A stretch of DNA of 64,000 bases from Bacteroidales bacterium (GCA_038240835.1 JBBRGJ010000001.1:3776-67775); one strand, 5' to 3'; shown: positions 44,114 through 53,745, counted from the stretch's first letter. Notes: generated by a model from the sequence alone, not told the origin. Numbers and translations: made by a program.

Positions 44114-45820
44114 TTATAATCCTATGTTGAGCCCAGTTTTTATAATCACATGATTTCCTTGCTCAAAGGGTGATGTAAATCTGTCAAGATAATACTTAGC
44201 TGATTGATTGTCAGCTGATTTTGTTGAAATAAGTGATTTCGAAATTCCAGCTTCAAATTTTATATTGTTTGTAATTTGATAGTTAATTTCAAGATTCAAT
44301 TGTTGTTTTTTCCAAACAATATCTTTTAAAAATTCAAACTCATCTACTTTGGGTAGATTTCTCCCAACAATGTAAGGATAGTCGTTCCCTTTTAATATTT
44401 GAGTAAAAGAAGCTTCTACTGTTATTTTATAATGTGGTTTATAACTTAATGCTAAATAGATTTCTTCTGCATTATCCACTAGGTAGCTGCCCAAATTGTA
44501 GTAGTTGGTTTCGAAGGTGGTTGTTGGGACTCTATGTTTAAAAGTCATGGGTTTTGTGTGAGTATATTCAGCCGTAAAACTGATGTTTTGGAGTAAGAAG
44601 TTGCTGGTTTTTAATCCAGCTTTGTAACTGATAAAATTGGTTCGTTTTGAATTCCCAATTCGGTCTTTCGAAAATTCATCAATAAAAAAGGATGAGTAGA
44701 GATGAATGTTTTTGATGTTTCGTGAACTAATGTTGAAAAAGAGTTGCGAATTTTCATTTTCCACGCCCCGTGTGAGTGTGTGATCTATGGATTTGAAAAA
44801 CATGACTGGAATCAGGTATGCAGGCTGAATGCTCTTGTCGCTATAAACGATTGAATTTCCAAACGAAAAACTGAAGTTCTTAAATGGGCGAATGGTGAAC
44901 ATGTTGGCTGCTATGTATTTGTCGCTATATATTTCTCTATCCATACCGGTAGAGGTGGTGTAAGAGCGACTGCTGTCAATTTCCATCGAGACCAACCATC
45001 CGTGAAAATAGTTCAATTCAAACCAGTTGGTAGGGGTTAAATTTAGTTTTATGCTGGCAAACGAAGGGGTTCGACCTGATAAAATATTACTCCCATGATT
45101 GTTGTCGCCCCATTCGATATGATCTTTAATCAATCCAATATTTCCCCACTTCCAAGCGTAAGTAATTCCGCCTCGCATTTCGCTGTAGTCGGCTCCCAAT
45201 CTGCCTCCATTGTTTACTTTATAACTTCCTCCTTCGTACAAGGTTAAGTTTGTAGGCTGGGCGTAGATGTCGTTTTTTTGATAATTATCGCGTAAGCTTG
45301 CGTAAATGGAGAGATTATCGCCAATGTAGCCCACAAAGTTTGCTCCAATTCTATTGTGATATCTATACTCTTTGTCATCCCGAATGTCGTAAGTTCTGCC
45401 TGCTATTGGTCGAATGGTTGCTCTGAAGTTTTTGTCGTAATAATTTATGCTTAATGGATTGAGTGAGTTGTCGAATGAACCGGTTTTTTTGAATACTGAG
45501 TATTTGCTTTTAGAATAACTCTCTTTGTTCTCGATCGCATATTCTTTCAACAAAAAATCTAACTCTTTTTGTTGACGATGATTGAGTTGTTCTTTGTTTT
45601 GTTCTGCTTCAATTAATTTTTCTAGAATAAAAGTTCTGCTGTAAGGTTTGATGGCCGAATTGAGTTTGATGACCTGTTTTGAAGCTAATTCATCCAAAAA
45701 ATCATAGATTTTAGAGTTTTGAATATGCTCATACGCCACTTGCGAATGCCCATTTGTAGAGCAAAAAAGAATAACGATTGTGGTGAATAACAGCTGTGCG
45801 AAAAGAGTAGGTTTGTTCAT
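44114..45820 (-). CDS. Wzi-like capsule assembly outer-membrane protein
   Basis: Signal peptide. The N-terminal YDFLDELASKQVIKLNSAIKPYSR resembles the Wzi L..L.D.GVI.L....P.S helix region. Rest is beta-rich. Sits between the PGT and wza. Confidence 0.55.
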   Translation of the reverse strand: MNKPTLFAQLLFTTIVILFCSTNGHSQVAYEHIQNSKIYDFLDELASKQVIKLNSAIKPYSRTFILEKLIEAEQNKEQLNHRQQKELDFLLKEYAIENKESYSKSKYSVFKKTGSFDNSLNPLSINYYDKNFRATIRPIAGRTYDIRDDKEYRYHNRIGANFVGYIGDNLSIYASLRDNYQKNDIYAQPTNLTLYEGGSYKVNNGGRLGADYSEMRGGITYAWKWGNIGLIKDHIEWGDNNHGSNILSGRTPSFASIKLNLTPTNWFELNYFHGWLVSMEIDSSRSYTTSTGMDREIYSDKYIAANMFTIRPFKNFSFSFGNSIVYSDKSIQPAYLIPVMFFKSIDHTLTRGVENENSQLFFNISSRNIKNIHLYSSFFIDEFSKDRIGNSKRTNFISYKAGLKTSNFLLQNISFTAEYTHTKPMTFKHRVPTTTFETNYYNLGSYLVDNAEEIYLALSYKPHYKITVEASFTQILKGNDYPYIVGRNLPKVDEFEFLKDIVWKKQQLNLEINYQITNNIKFEAGISKSLISTKSADNQSAKYYLDRFTSPFEQGNHVIIKTGLNIGL

Positions 45821-45843
45821 ATTGTCTTTGATATCAGGTTAAA

Positions 45844-47355
45844 CTATTTGCTTCTAGCTCTTTTGAATAGAATGTTTTTTAAAATTAGGAAAAAATATTT
45901 TACATCAGTGATAAAAGGTCTATTTTCATATTGTAACAAGTATTTTTTTTCAGAAGCCACAATTTCGTCAATGTCTTTTGGCAAATCTACGTAATAGGGA
46001 GGGAGCAGTCCGGGTTTGAACTGGATTCTGTATTTTTGAAACTCTTCAGGATATAGTTTAAAATACTGTTCGCTCAGTGGACGGACTCCCACTAATTTAA
46101 TCTCTCTCTTATAAATGTTGATGAACATCGGAAACTCATCAATCCAAAATTTCCTAAATATTTTTCCAGCAGTCGAAATTCGGAAATCATCTTTGAATTT
46201 TCCTCCTCTGTCAAGGTTGTTGTTTTGGTAAACAAATTCTTGGATGTATTCGCTGTATGGATGCATGGTTCTGAATTTCAATACATTAACTATCTTGCCA
46301 TTTTTTCCAATTCTTCTAAGTTTTATAAGAGGTCCATACGTGGGTTCTAAATCAAGGATTGGCTTGGATGTTTTTTTCATCACATACCAAGTTTTCATAT
46401 CAATTTGCTTATAATCGATGAGCTCAAATCCACATGAGTAGAGTCTACCCAAGACTTCCGCATGCGAAATCGCTCTGTCTTTACCTTTGGTAAAATAGAA
46501 ATAAATTCGTTTAAAAAATGGCAACTTTGGCCATACTCTTTTATACGTGAAATAGAATAGGTAACAGCAATAATTAATTCCCCAAGGAATGGTTTTGAAA
46601 AAATGTTCCTTACGTGTTCGGTTTGTGATAGCATTGCAGATTAAATAACCTTCATGTTCTAGTTTTAATGTAATCGTTTGAAGATATTTGTTTATTTTTT
46701 GAATATCATTGATTGAGGATAAATTAACGATGTTCTTCGAAATATATGGGATTCTGAGAATATTAAATCTGGAGGTAGCTTTTAAATATTCTGTCTCTGA
46801 AGAAGTTTTATTGATGTGGATTTTAAATAAATCTAGCACCTCTTGACCTTCTGTTTTCCTAATCAATTCTATAATATCTTGATTTTCTTCATCGACATAA
46901 TCGATACGTTTTACACAATTTTCCTCATTTTTTACCACTTTTTTCATTATTTTCAAGTGATCGATATCTTCTTTATTGGCTACAACCACTGCATGCTTAT
47001 ATGCTAATAAACTAAGAATCCAGATGATGTTTAGACTCAGTAAAATACCCAAGAAGCCAAGAATTACAACTCGACTTGGAAATGGTAATTCTAAAACATA
47101 AATAGAGGAGAGAAGTAAAACAGCACTTAAAGACCAACTGTAAAAATGTTTCTCTAAAAACAGTCGGTTACTGCTTTTATATGGTATCGTGTATTTTCTT
47201 AAAATCAGAGAAATTAATATATAAATAGCACTATATGAAGCAAATAGATAGAAAAATCGATTAAAGGTAAAAGAGAAAGAACTCTCTTTGAGGTATACAG
47301 AAATGGTGTAGGATAAGAGTAATAAGATGAAATCAAAGAAGAATCTAAAATTCAT
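45844..47355 (-). CDS. polyprenyl-phosphate sugar-phosphate transferase (bacterial sugar transferase family)
   Basis: C-terminal KFRTM...DEFPMFINIYKREIKLVGVRP motif and an N-terminal 4-TM block. Start set at ATG 47355; the TTG at 47376 overlaps the -7 box. Confidence 0.8.
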   Translation of the reverse strand: MNFRFFFDFILLLLSYTISVYLKESSFSFTFNRFFYLFASYSAIYILISLILRKYTIPYKSSNRLFLEKHFYSWSLSAVLLLSSIYVLELPFPSRVVILGFLGILLSLNIIWILSLLAYKHAVVVANKEDIDHLKIMKKVVKNEENCVKRIDYVDEENQDIIELIRKTEGQEVLDLFKIHINKTSSETEYLKATSRFNILRIPYISKNIVNLSSINDIQKINKYLQTITLKLEHEGYLICNAITNRTRKEHFFKTIPWGINYCCYLFYFTYKRVWPKLPFFKRIYFYFTKGKDRAISHAEVLGRLYSCGFELIDYKQIDMKTWYVMKKTSKPILDLEPTYGPLIKLRRIGKNGKIVNVLKFRTMHPYSEYIQEFVYQNNNLDRGGKFKDDFRISTAGKIFRKFWIDEFPMFINIYKREIKLVGVRPLSEQYFKLYPEEFQKYRIQFKPGLLPPYYVDLPKDIDEIVASEKKYLLQYENRPFITDVKYFFLILKNILFKRARSK

Positions 47356-47373
47356 ATATATATTATTTGTTAG

Positions 47374-47381
47374 CAAATTTA
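47374..47381 (-). promoter_or_regulatory. -7 box TAAATTTG (minus strand) upstream of the sugar transferase gene
   Basis: The reverse complement of caaattta matches TAnnTTTG, 19 nt before ATG 47355. Confidence 0.45.
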
Positions 47382-47465
47382 CAACTTTAATTTCTTATAC
47401 GAAAGAGTGACTTTACATGTTGTCCCCAATTGTATGTTTAAAAGTGATTGAAATTAATCATTTTT

Positions 47466-47490
47466 TACATTTGCAAAATTTGTATATTTG
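47466..47490 (+). promoter_or_regulatory. two candidate -7 boxes (TACATTTG, TATATTTG) upstream of guaA
   Basis: Both match TAnnTTTG. The proximal one ends only 4 nt before ATG 47495, which would give a near-leaderless transcript. Confidence 0.4.
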
Positions 47491-47494
47491 CACC

Positions 47495-49024
47495 ATGAAT
47501 GAGATGATATTAATCCTAGATTTTGGTTCGCAATACACTCAGTTGATTGCGCGAAGAGTTAGAGAACTCAATGTTTATTGTGAAATTCACCCGTATAACA
47601 AAATCCCAGCTTTTGGGAGCGAGTTAAAAGGGGTGATTTTGTCGGGCAGCCCCTTTTCAGTGAGAACAGAGGGAGCGCCTAATCCCGATATTAGCAATAT
47701 TAGAGGCAAATTTCCAATGTTGGCTGTTTGTTACGGAGCGCAACTTTTGGCGCAACAAAATGGCGGAACTGTGTTGCCTTCAGAAACTCGTGAATATGGA
47801 AGAGCTCATCTTTCATTCGTGAATAACCAATCAGATTTATTGCAAGATATTCCTAATGGAAGTCAGGTGTGGATGTCGCACGGAGATACCATTTCGGTAA
47901 TGCCCGATAATTTTGAAATTATTTGCAGCACTTCGGATGTAAAAGCGGGTGGATTTAAAATCAAAGGCGAAGATACGTATGGAATTCAATTTCACCCCGA
48001 AGTTTATCACTCTACCGATGGAATGACGTTGTTGAAAAACTATGTTTATAACATTGCTAAATGCAGCGGAAACTGGACTCCAGATTCATTTGTAGATACC
48101 ACCATTGCTGAATTAAAAGAAAAATTGGGTTCTGATAAAGTTATTTTAGGACTCTCTGGAGGTGTAGATTCATCGGTAGCAGCTGTGCTTTTGCATAAAG
48201 CCATTGGCGAAAACTTATATTGTATTTTTGTAGATAATGGATTGCTTCGCAAAAATGAATTTCAAGAAGTATTGGATTCGTATCAGCACATGGGTTTGAA
48301 CGTAAAAGGGGTAAATGCTTCTGCGGATTTTTATAAAGCGCTTAGCGGAATCACCGAACCCGAAGCAAAACGTAAAGCCATTGGCAAGACATTTATCGAT
48401 GTATTTGATGCAGAGGCCAAAAAAATAGAAAATGTGACTTGGTTGGCACAAGGCACCATTTATCCTGACGTGATTGAATCGTTGTCGGTAAAAGGTCCAT
48501 CTGCAACCATCAAATCGCATCACAATGTGGGCGGACTTCCCGATTATATGAAACTTCAAATTGTAGAACCGCTCAAATCGTTGTTCAAAGATGAGGTGCG
48601 TAGGGTAGGAGCTGCGATGGAAATGTCGGAAACATTGTTGAAACGCCATCCATTTCCTGGTCCAGGACTTGGAATCCGAATTCTAGGAGATATTACACCC
48701 GAAAAAGTAGCTATTCTACAAGAAGTGGATGATGTATTTATCAAACATTTGCGCAATTCGGGTTGGTACGACAAAGTTTGGCAAGCTGGAGTAATGCTCT
48801 TGCCAGTTCAAAGTGTAGGCGTAATGGGCGACGAACGTACGTATGAAAGCGTAGTAGCCTTGCGAGCAGTAAGTTCCACAGACGGTATGACCGCAGATTG
48901 GTCGCACTTGCCTTACGATTTATTAGCAAAAATTTCAAACGATATAATCAACAAAGTAAAAGGGGTAAACAGAGTAGTCTACGACATCAGCTCAAAACCA
49001 CCCGCAACCATAGAATGGGAATAA
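47495..49024 (+). CDS. guaA: glutamine-hydrolysing GMP synthase
   Basis: [22 protein letters not shown]-loop SGGVDSS, C-terminal PPATIEWE. Start at the internal ATG 47495. Confidence 0.95.
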   Translation: MNEMILILDFGSQYTQLIARRVRELNVYCEIHPYNKIPAFGSELKGVILSGSPFSVRTEGAPNPDISNIRGKFPMLAVCYGAQLLAQQNGGTVLPSETREYGRAHLSFVNNQSDLLQDIPNGSQVWMSHGDTISVMPDNFEIICSTSDVKAGGFKIKGEDTYGIQFHPEVYHSTDGMTLLKNYVYNIAKCSGNWTPDSFVDTTIAELKEKLGSDKVILGLSGGVDSSVAAVLLHKAIGENLYCIFVDNGLLRKNEFQEVLDSYQHMGLNVKGVNASADFYKALSGITEPEAKRKAIGKTFIDVFDAEAKKIENVTWLAQGTIYPDVIESLSVKGPSATIKSHHNVGGLPDYMKLQIVEPLKSLFKDEVRRVGAAMEMSETLLKRHPFPGPGLGIRILGDITPEKVAILQEVDDVFIKHLRNSGWYDKVWQAGVMLLPVQSVGVMGDERTYESVVALRAVSSTDGMTADWSHLPYDLLAKISNDIINKVKGVNRVVYDISSKPPATIEWE

Positions 49025-49345
49025 AGGATTCAGGGTGCAGGGTTTAGGGTTCAGGGTTTCAGGGTTCAAGGTTCAGGGTCAATGGTTTAAGGTTCATGGT
49101 GCAGGGTTTGGTTTTAGTTCTACTTTATTACACGTTCTTCTTATTTATTGTATTCTTTCTTTCACTTCTTGGTTTTGTCACACTGAACAAAGTGAAGTGT
49201 CTCTTCTTACTTCTTAATTCTTTCTTTCTTCTTTTCACGTTTCACTTTTCACAACTCAAAAACACAAAGTCCTCTATAAACTACTTCTTACTTCTTACTT
49301 CTGTATTCTTTCTTCTTCTCACTCGTCACTTCTTCTTTCATATTC
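49025..49345. repeat. modular intergenic repeat block L
   Basis: tcagggt-type heptads 49029-49110; a segment 49091-49160 near-identical to 19495-19570. Also gtcacactgaacaaagtgaagtgtctc 49177-49203 plus cttactt and ttcac runs. Confidence 0.85.
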
Positions 49346-49358
49346 ACATTTTAAAACT

Positions 49359-51065
49359 ATGAAACACATTTTAAAATTCTTATTCCTGTTGACGCTTGTT
49401 TTTTCAAGTGTTGTCATTATTGCGCAAGTAAATAATGTTAAAAGTACTCGTATAGAGAATATTAACGGCAAATCTTATTACATTCATACCGTTGAAAAAG
49501 GTCAAACGCTGTATGGGATTTCCAAGATATATGCCGTTTCGGTGGATGAGATTTTAGAATATAACTCCGAAGCAGCTTCTGGTTTGAAAAAAGGGATGGA
49601 TTTGAAGATTCTAACCAAACAGAATATGGGAACCCCAATCGTTCCAGAAATTAAAAATCCAGTAGTGGTTGCTCCGAAAAAATCCGACAGTGTCAAAGAT
49701 AGTATCATTCAACATGTTGTAAAACAGGGAGAAACATTGTATTCAATTTCTGCTAATTACAAAGTGTCTGTGACTGATCTAAAAAAATGGAATGCCAATT
49801 TAACCGATCAGATTTCTGTGGGTGATACTATTTTGGTTCGTTTGCTGAATAAAAAAGATCAGGTAAACAATGCTCATATTGTTGAAATTATCAACAAAGG
49901 CGTGGATGTTGAACCCAAAGCAATTCCCTTAGATACGGTTAAAAAAGAGATTACTCCCACCGTTGTATCTAAATCATTCCGTGGTTATTATGAAGTTGCG
50001 TTGATGGTTCCATTTATGCTTTCTGATATAGCAAATTCGGAATCCATTAGATCAATTAAAGATCTTGAATCTGAAAAATCTTTTGAATTTATTCAGTTTT
50101 ACGAATCCTTTCTCATTGCGTTCAAGCAATTTGAAAAATTAGGCGTAAAAGTCACATTGAGAGTGTATGATATTACGAGTGATACCAACCGATTGAATAA
50201 AGTGCTCAACTCGCTTGATTTTCAAAATGTAGACATGATCATTGGACCATTTTTTACCTCTACCTACAAAGTGGCTTCCAATTGGGCAAAAAAAAACCAA
50301 GTATATATTGTCAATCCATTTTCGCATCGTGATGATCTATTTGTGGATAATCCATTCACCATCAAATTAGTCTCTTCGGATAAAAGTCAGTCGCTTAAAA
50401 TAGCTCAATATTGCAACTCCTTGTCCTCCGACGCAAATGTGGTTGTGGTTCATAATGGAACGGCTGATGAGAAGAAATTTTTATCACTTCTAAAGCAAGC
50501 ATTTGCCACAGTTGCCAACAAAATTAGTGTGAAAGATGTTTTGTATAGTCAAAAAGGAATTGGTGGTGTAAGCGAGAAAATGGTGTCTGGTAAAATGAAT
50601 ATTGTGATCTCATTGCTTTCCAAAGAGGCGGTGGTTACTAACTTTGTTAGAAGATTGTATGAGCTAAAACGTGAGAATTTAATTCTTTTAGCACCCGATT
50701 CTTGGGAGAAATTTGACAACATTGAGACAGATTATTTTGAGTCGTTACACTTGCATCTATTTGATGGCTATTTTGTGGATTATTCGAATGAAAACTCAAT
50801 TAAATTTGTCGAAGAATTTAGAGCACAATACAATACAGAACCAGATATCAACAAATACGCTTTTCAGGGGTATGATATCTGTACTTATTTTGTGGGAGCG
50901 CTCATCAAAGATGGTTATTCCTGGACCGAAAAATTAAATGATTATCACCCAGAGCTAATCAGTACAAAAATCAAATTACATCGAATAGACGAGAATTCTG
51001 GTTGGGAAAACACTGAATTACAAATATTCAAAATTGAAAATTATAAATTTGTGTCAGCTCAATAA
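49359..51065 (+). CDS. LysM (x2) + periplasmic-binding-protein-like domain protein
   Basis: Signal peptide, two LysM motifs (HTVEKGQTLYGISKIY, HVVKQGETLYSISANY) and a type-1 PBP-like C-terminal half. Confidence 0.75.
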   Translation: MKHILKFLFLLTLVFSSVVIIAQVNNVKSTRIENINGKSYYIHTVEKGQTLYGISKIYAVSVDEILEYNSEAASGLKKGMDLKILTKQNMGTPIVPEIKNPVVVAPKKSDSVKDSIIQHVVKQGETLYSISANYKVSVTDLKKWNANLTDQISVGDTILVRLLNKKDQVNNAHIVEIINKGVDVEPKAIPLDTVKKEITPTVVSKSFRGYYEVALMVPFMLSDIANSESIRSIKDLESEKSFEFIQFYESFLIAFKQFEKLGVKVTLRVYDITSDTNRLNKVLNSLDFQNVDMIIGPFFTSTYKVASNWAKKNQVYIVNPFSHRDDLFVDNPFTIKLVSSDKSQSLKIAQYCNSLSSDANVVVVHNGTADEKKFLSLLKQAFATVANKISVKDVLYSQKGIGGVSEKMVSGKMNIVISLLSKEAVVTNFVRRLYELKRENLILLAPDSWEKFDNIETDYFESLHLHLFDGYFVDYSNENSIKFVEEFRAQYNTEPDINKYAFQGYDICTYFVGALIKDGYSWTEKLNDYHPELISTKIKLHRIDENSGWENTELQIFKIENYKFVSAQ

Positions 51066-51079
51066 TTTTTGTGTCAATT

Positions 51080-51262
51080 TAGTACAAAGAAAGAAGAGGT
51101 ATCAAAGAAAGAATGTGACGAGCTTCGCTCCGTTACTCCCGAAAAAACAGAAATCTCTGATTTCATTTTTTTTCGAGGATCCACGAAAAAATAACAATCC
51201 GCCAGTTGGCGGATTTATTTTTCGGGACCCGTTACCCCGTCACCTCTTCGTACTTCGTTATT
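51080..51262. repeat. modular intergenic repeat block M
   Basis: gtgacgagcttcgctccgttac (complement orientation of block O/P modules). The cccgaaaaaa..ttttttcgaggatccacgaa..aatccgccagttggcggatt..tttttcgggacccgttacc unit is shared with block N. Confidence 0.8.
51196..51223. terminator. hairpin aatccgcc-agtt-ggcggatt with flanking A/T runs (bidirectional terminator candidate)
   Basis: 8-bp GC-rich stem extended by cgaaaaaataac / tatttttcg. It lies between the convergent LysM and yraN genes. Confidence 0.55.
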
Positions 51263-51278
51263 TTTTCTTTAAAATCAG

Positions 51279-51641
51279 TTACATCCCAGCCTGAAAAGCA
51301 TCCTTTATAATTTTGATATCCTGTTGTTTGGAGTTGTACAACACTGAAACAATATCAAAACGAAACTCTTCCATTATGTCATACTTTTCGGCATAGTGAT
51401 TGGCTGCACGAATTAGAAAAAACTGTTTCTTTTTGGTGACAAAAGTTTCGGGCTCTCCAAAATAGTTTGTTTGACGAGTTTTTACTTCTACCAAGACAAT
51501 CATATTATCCTCCTTCGCAATGATGTCTACTTCATCGTTTCCGTATCTCCAATTGGTGTGTAAAATTTCATATCCAAGTTTCCTTAGTTCGGCTAAAGCA
51601 AGCTCTTCGCCCGCTTTTCCTAAATCGTTGTGTTCTGCCAT
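51279..51641 (-). CDS. yraN: YraN family (UPF0102) endonuclease-like protein
   Basis: GEELA..L...GY.IL..NWR....EVDIIA......VLVEVKTR pattern; 120 aa. Confidence 0.85.
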   Translation of the reverse strand: MAEHNDLGKAGEELALAELRKLGYEILHTNWRYGNDEVDIIAKEDNMIVLVEVKTRQTNYFGEPETFVTKKKQFFLIRAANHYAEKYDIMEEFRFDIVSVLYNSKQQDIKIIKDAFQAGM

Positions 51642-51644
51642 CGG

Positions 51645-52550
51645 TTAATTGTTAAAGGTTAAAGTGCTCGACTCTTTTGTGACTGAAAGGGTTACTTCGG
51701 CTCCCATTTTTAAAGCAAAATTTTGGTCAATATGTCCGGCTGGAAATCCAAAACAGACTGGAAATGAAAACTCTTTCACGGACTCATGAATTATCTCTTC
51801 GGCTGTTTTCCCAAAAGGGACTGTATTGTCGTGCATATCAGACATTCCGCCAACGATGAGACCTATTAAGTTCTTGATTTTTCCACTTCTTTTTAAAGAG
51901 AGAATCATTCGGTCGATGTGATAGAGATATTCATCTAAATCTTCCAAAAACAGTATTTTTCCATCGGTGTTAATGTCCGAAATAGATCCTTGTAAACTGT
52001 ATAATATGGATAAGTTTCCCCCAATCAAAACTCCTTTTGATTGACCAATTCTGTTCATTGGAGTATTGGAAAACGAGTAGGAGAGAGGTTTCCCGGTGAG
52101 TGCGTTCAAAAGTGTGTTCACCGATTCATTACTTGAGCCATCAACTGGGAAATTGATGGGCATGGTGCTGTGGATTGTTTTTAGTCCCAAGTGATGAAGA
52201 TGAGCATGTAAAACGGTGACATCGCTATACCCACAAATCCATTTTGGAGCTGATAACAGTGGGGTGAAATCAATAGAATCAATGATTCTAGCAGTTCCAT
52301 AACCGCCTCTAGTACAAATTATTGCTTTGACTTTGGGGTGCTTGATAAGATATTCAAAATCTTCTGTTCTTTGTTCGTCAGAACCTGCAAATTGATTTTC
52401 GGCAGCATAAATATTTGGAGGAGTAACAACATTAAATCCTTGGTTTTTAAGAAAAATAATGACAGGTTCGAGTTCGGTTTTGGTTATTTTTCGGGCTGTG
52501 GAAACAAGTCCAATCGTATCGCCAATGGATAAATATTCTGGAGTAATCAT
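51645..52550 (-). CDS. ldcA: S66 family LD-carboxypeptidase
   Basis: CTRGGYGTARI, nucleophile context GYSDVTVLH, and the C-terminal GHI region. Confidence 0.8.
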   Translation of the reverse strand: MITPEYLSIGDTIGLVSTARKITKTELEPVIIFLKNQGFNVVTPPNIYAAENQFAGSDEQRTEDFEYLIKHPKVKAIICTRGGYGTARIIDSIDFTPLLSAPKWICGYSDVTVLHAHLHHLGLKTIHSTMPINFPVDGSSNESVNTLLNALTGKPLSYSFSNTPMNRIGQSKGVLIGGNLSILYSLQGSISDINTDGKILFLEDLDEYLYHIDRMILSLKRSGKIKNLIGLIVGGMSDMHDNTVPFGKTAEEIIHESVKEFSFPVCFGFPAGHIDQNFALKMGAEVTLSVTKESSTLTFNN

Positions 52551-52639
52551 CTTTATCTATTTATTTAGATGCAAATATACATTTTATTTATCCTAAATGA
52601 ATTAATTGTAATTTAAAAAAACGAACTTAGCTAGAAGAA

Positions 52640-52925
52640 AGAGGTGCCAAAGTGACGAGTGACGAGTGACAGAGCGGAGTCTCGCTTTTCGCCGGTCTCG
52701 CTTCGCGGTCACTCGTCACCTGTCACTTCCCTCCATCGTCGCTTTCCCGAAAAAAAGAGCAGCCTAATGGCTGATCGTTTTTTTTCGAGGATCCACGAAT
52801 TTTTACAAAATCTCTCCGCCGCGGCGGATTAAAATTCGGGACGCGGTCACTCCCGAAAAAACAATCCGCCAGTATGTGGATTTATTTTTCGGGACCCGTT
52901 ACCTTCCTTCATCGTCACTTTTTCC
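52640..52925. repeat. modular intergenic repeat block N
   Basis: gtgacgagtgacgagtgac 52653-52671 paired with gtcactcgtcacctgtcac 52709-52727. 14-nt perfect palindrome tccgccgcggcgga 52815-52828. cccgaaaaa / tttttcggg hairpin units are shared with block M. Confidence 0.8.
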
Positions 52926-52992
52926 TACAAACAATGAACATTGCTTTGTTAGCAAAAAAAAACAAAATACAATATTGAAAAACAAAACACGT

Positions 52993-53000
52993 TAATTTTG
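52993..53000 (+). promoter_or_regulatory. -7 box TAATTTTG upstream of exbB
   Basis: TAnnTTTG match 29 nt before ATG 53029. Confidence 0.45.
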
Positions 53001-53028
53001 CATCATCAAATATTAAATTTAAAAGTAT

Positions 53029-53745
53029 ATGCTAAATACAATTTTGTTACAAGTCACAAAGGCAGGTGAGGCAGTGGCTGAAAATGTTTCCAATGCTCCA
53101 GTTGCAGCTCCTCAACAGTTTGAATCTTTGAATATTTGGAGTTTGACGTTAAAAGGGGGATGGATTATGATCCCATTGGCTCTTATGTCAATTCTTGCCA
53201 TCTATATTTTTGTGGAACGTTTTATTACGTTGAACAAAGCCGGAAAGGATGATCCAAATTTCATGAACAACATTCGTGATTTTATCCACAATGGCCGTTT
53301 GGATTCTGCGGTGGCTCTTTGTAAAAACAATCAAACTCCGTTGGCACGAATGATTGAAAAAGGGTTGACTCGTCTAGGGAAACCATTAAATGATATCAAT
53401 GCTGCCATCGAGAATGTAGGAAAATTAGAAGTAACACGATTGGAAAAAAACATTGCGGCTTTAGCAACCATTGCAGGTGCAGGTCCAATGCTTGGTTTTT
53501 TGGGAACAGTTACTGGGATGGTGAAAGCTTTTTACGACATGGCCAAAGCTGGGAATAATATTGATATTCAATTACTTTCGAGTGGTATTTACGAAGCAAT
53601 GGTTACCACTGTTGGTGGACTTGTAGTTGGTATTATAGCGTATATTTGTTACAATATATTGGTTGCAAGAGTTGAAAAAGTGGTCTATATCTTAGAAGCT
53701 CGAACCACTGAATTTATGGATTTATTAAATGAGCCAGTAGCTTAA
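53029..53745 (+). CDS. exbB: MotA/TolQ/ExbB proton-channel protein
   Basis: 3 TM helices and the GPMLGFLGTVTGM motif. Confidence 0.85.
   Translation: MLNTILLQVTKAGEAVAENVSNAPVAAPQQFESLNIWSLTLKGGWIMIPLALMSILAIYIFVERFITLNKAGKDDPNFMNNIRDFIHNGRLDSAVALCKNNQTPLARMIEKGLTRLGKPLNDINAAIENVGKLEVTRLEKNIAALATIAGAGPMLGFLGTVTGMVKAFYDMAKAGNNIDIQLLSSGIYEAMVTTVGGLVVGIIAYICYNILVARVEKVVYILEARTTEFMDLLNEPVA

Noticed and set aside
26933-47355. Whether the polysaccharide locus is a mobile island, judged by transposase, integrase, tRNA target or flanking direct repeats.
   Set aside because: No mobility genes or tRNA are present in the window. The 70-bp direct repeats at 19.5 and 49.1 kb belong to the general module set and do not sit at the locus boundaries.
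49029-49110. The tttaggg/ttcaggg heptads look like eukaryotic telomere repeats, raising the possibility of contamination or a linear replicon end.
   Set aside because: The array is short (about 10 imperfect units) and embedded between two ordinary bacterial genes. It is part of the same module set as other spacers, with a second copy at 19487.
49035-49362. ORFs 49035..49217 and 49096..49362 between guaA and the LysM gene. The same applies to 16385..16648, 18982..19176, 4227..4436 and 51034..51294 in other spacers.
   Set aside because: All lie wholly inside repeat blocks. Their translations are low-complexity (FLLL, GFRV, SASSAF repeats) and none has a signal of selection that I can see.
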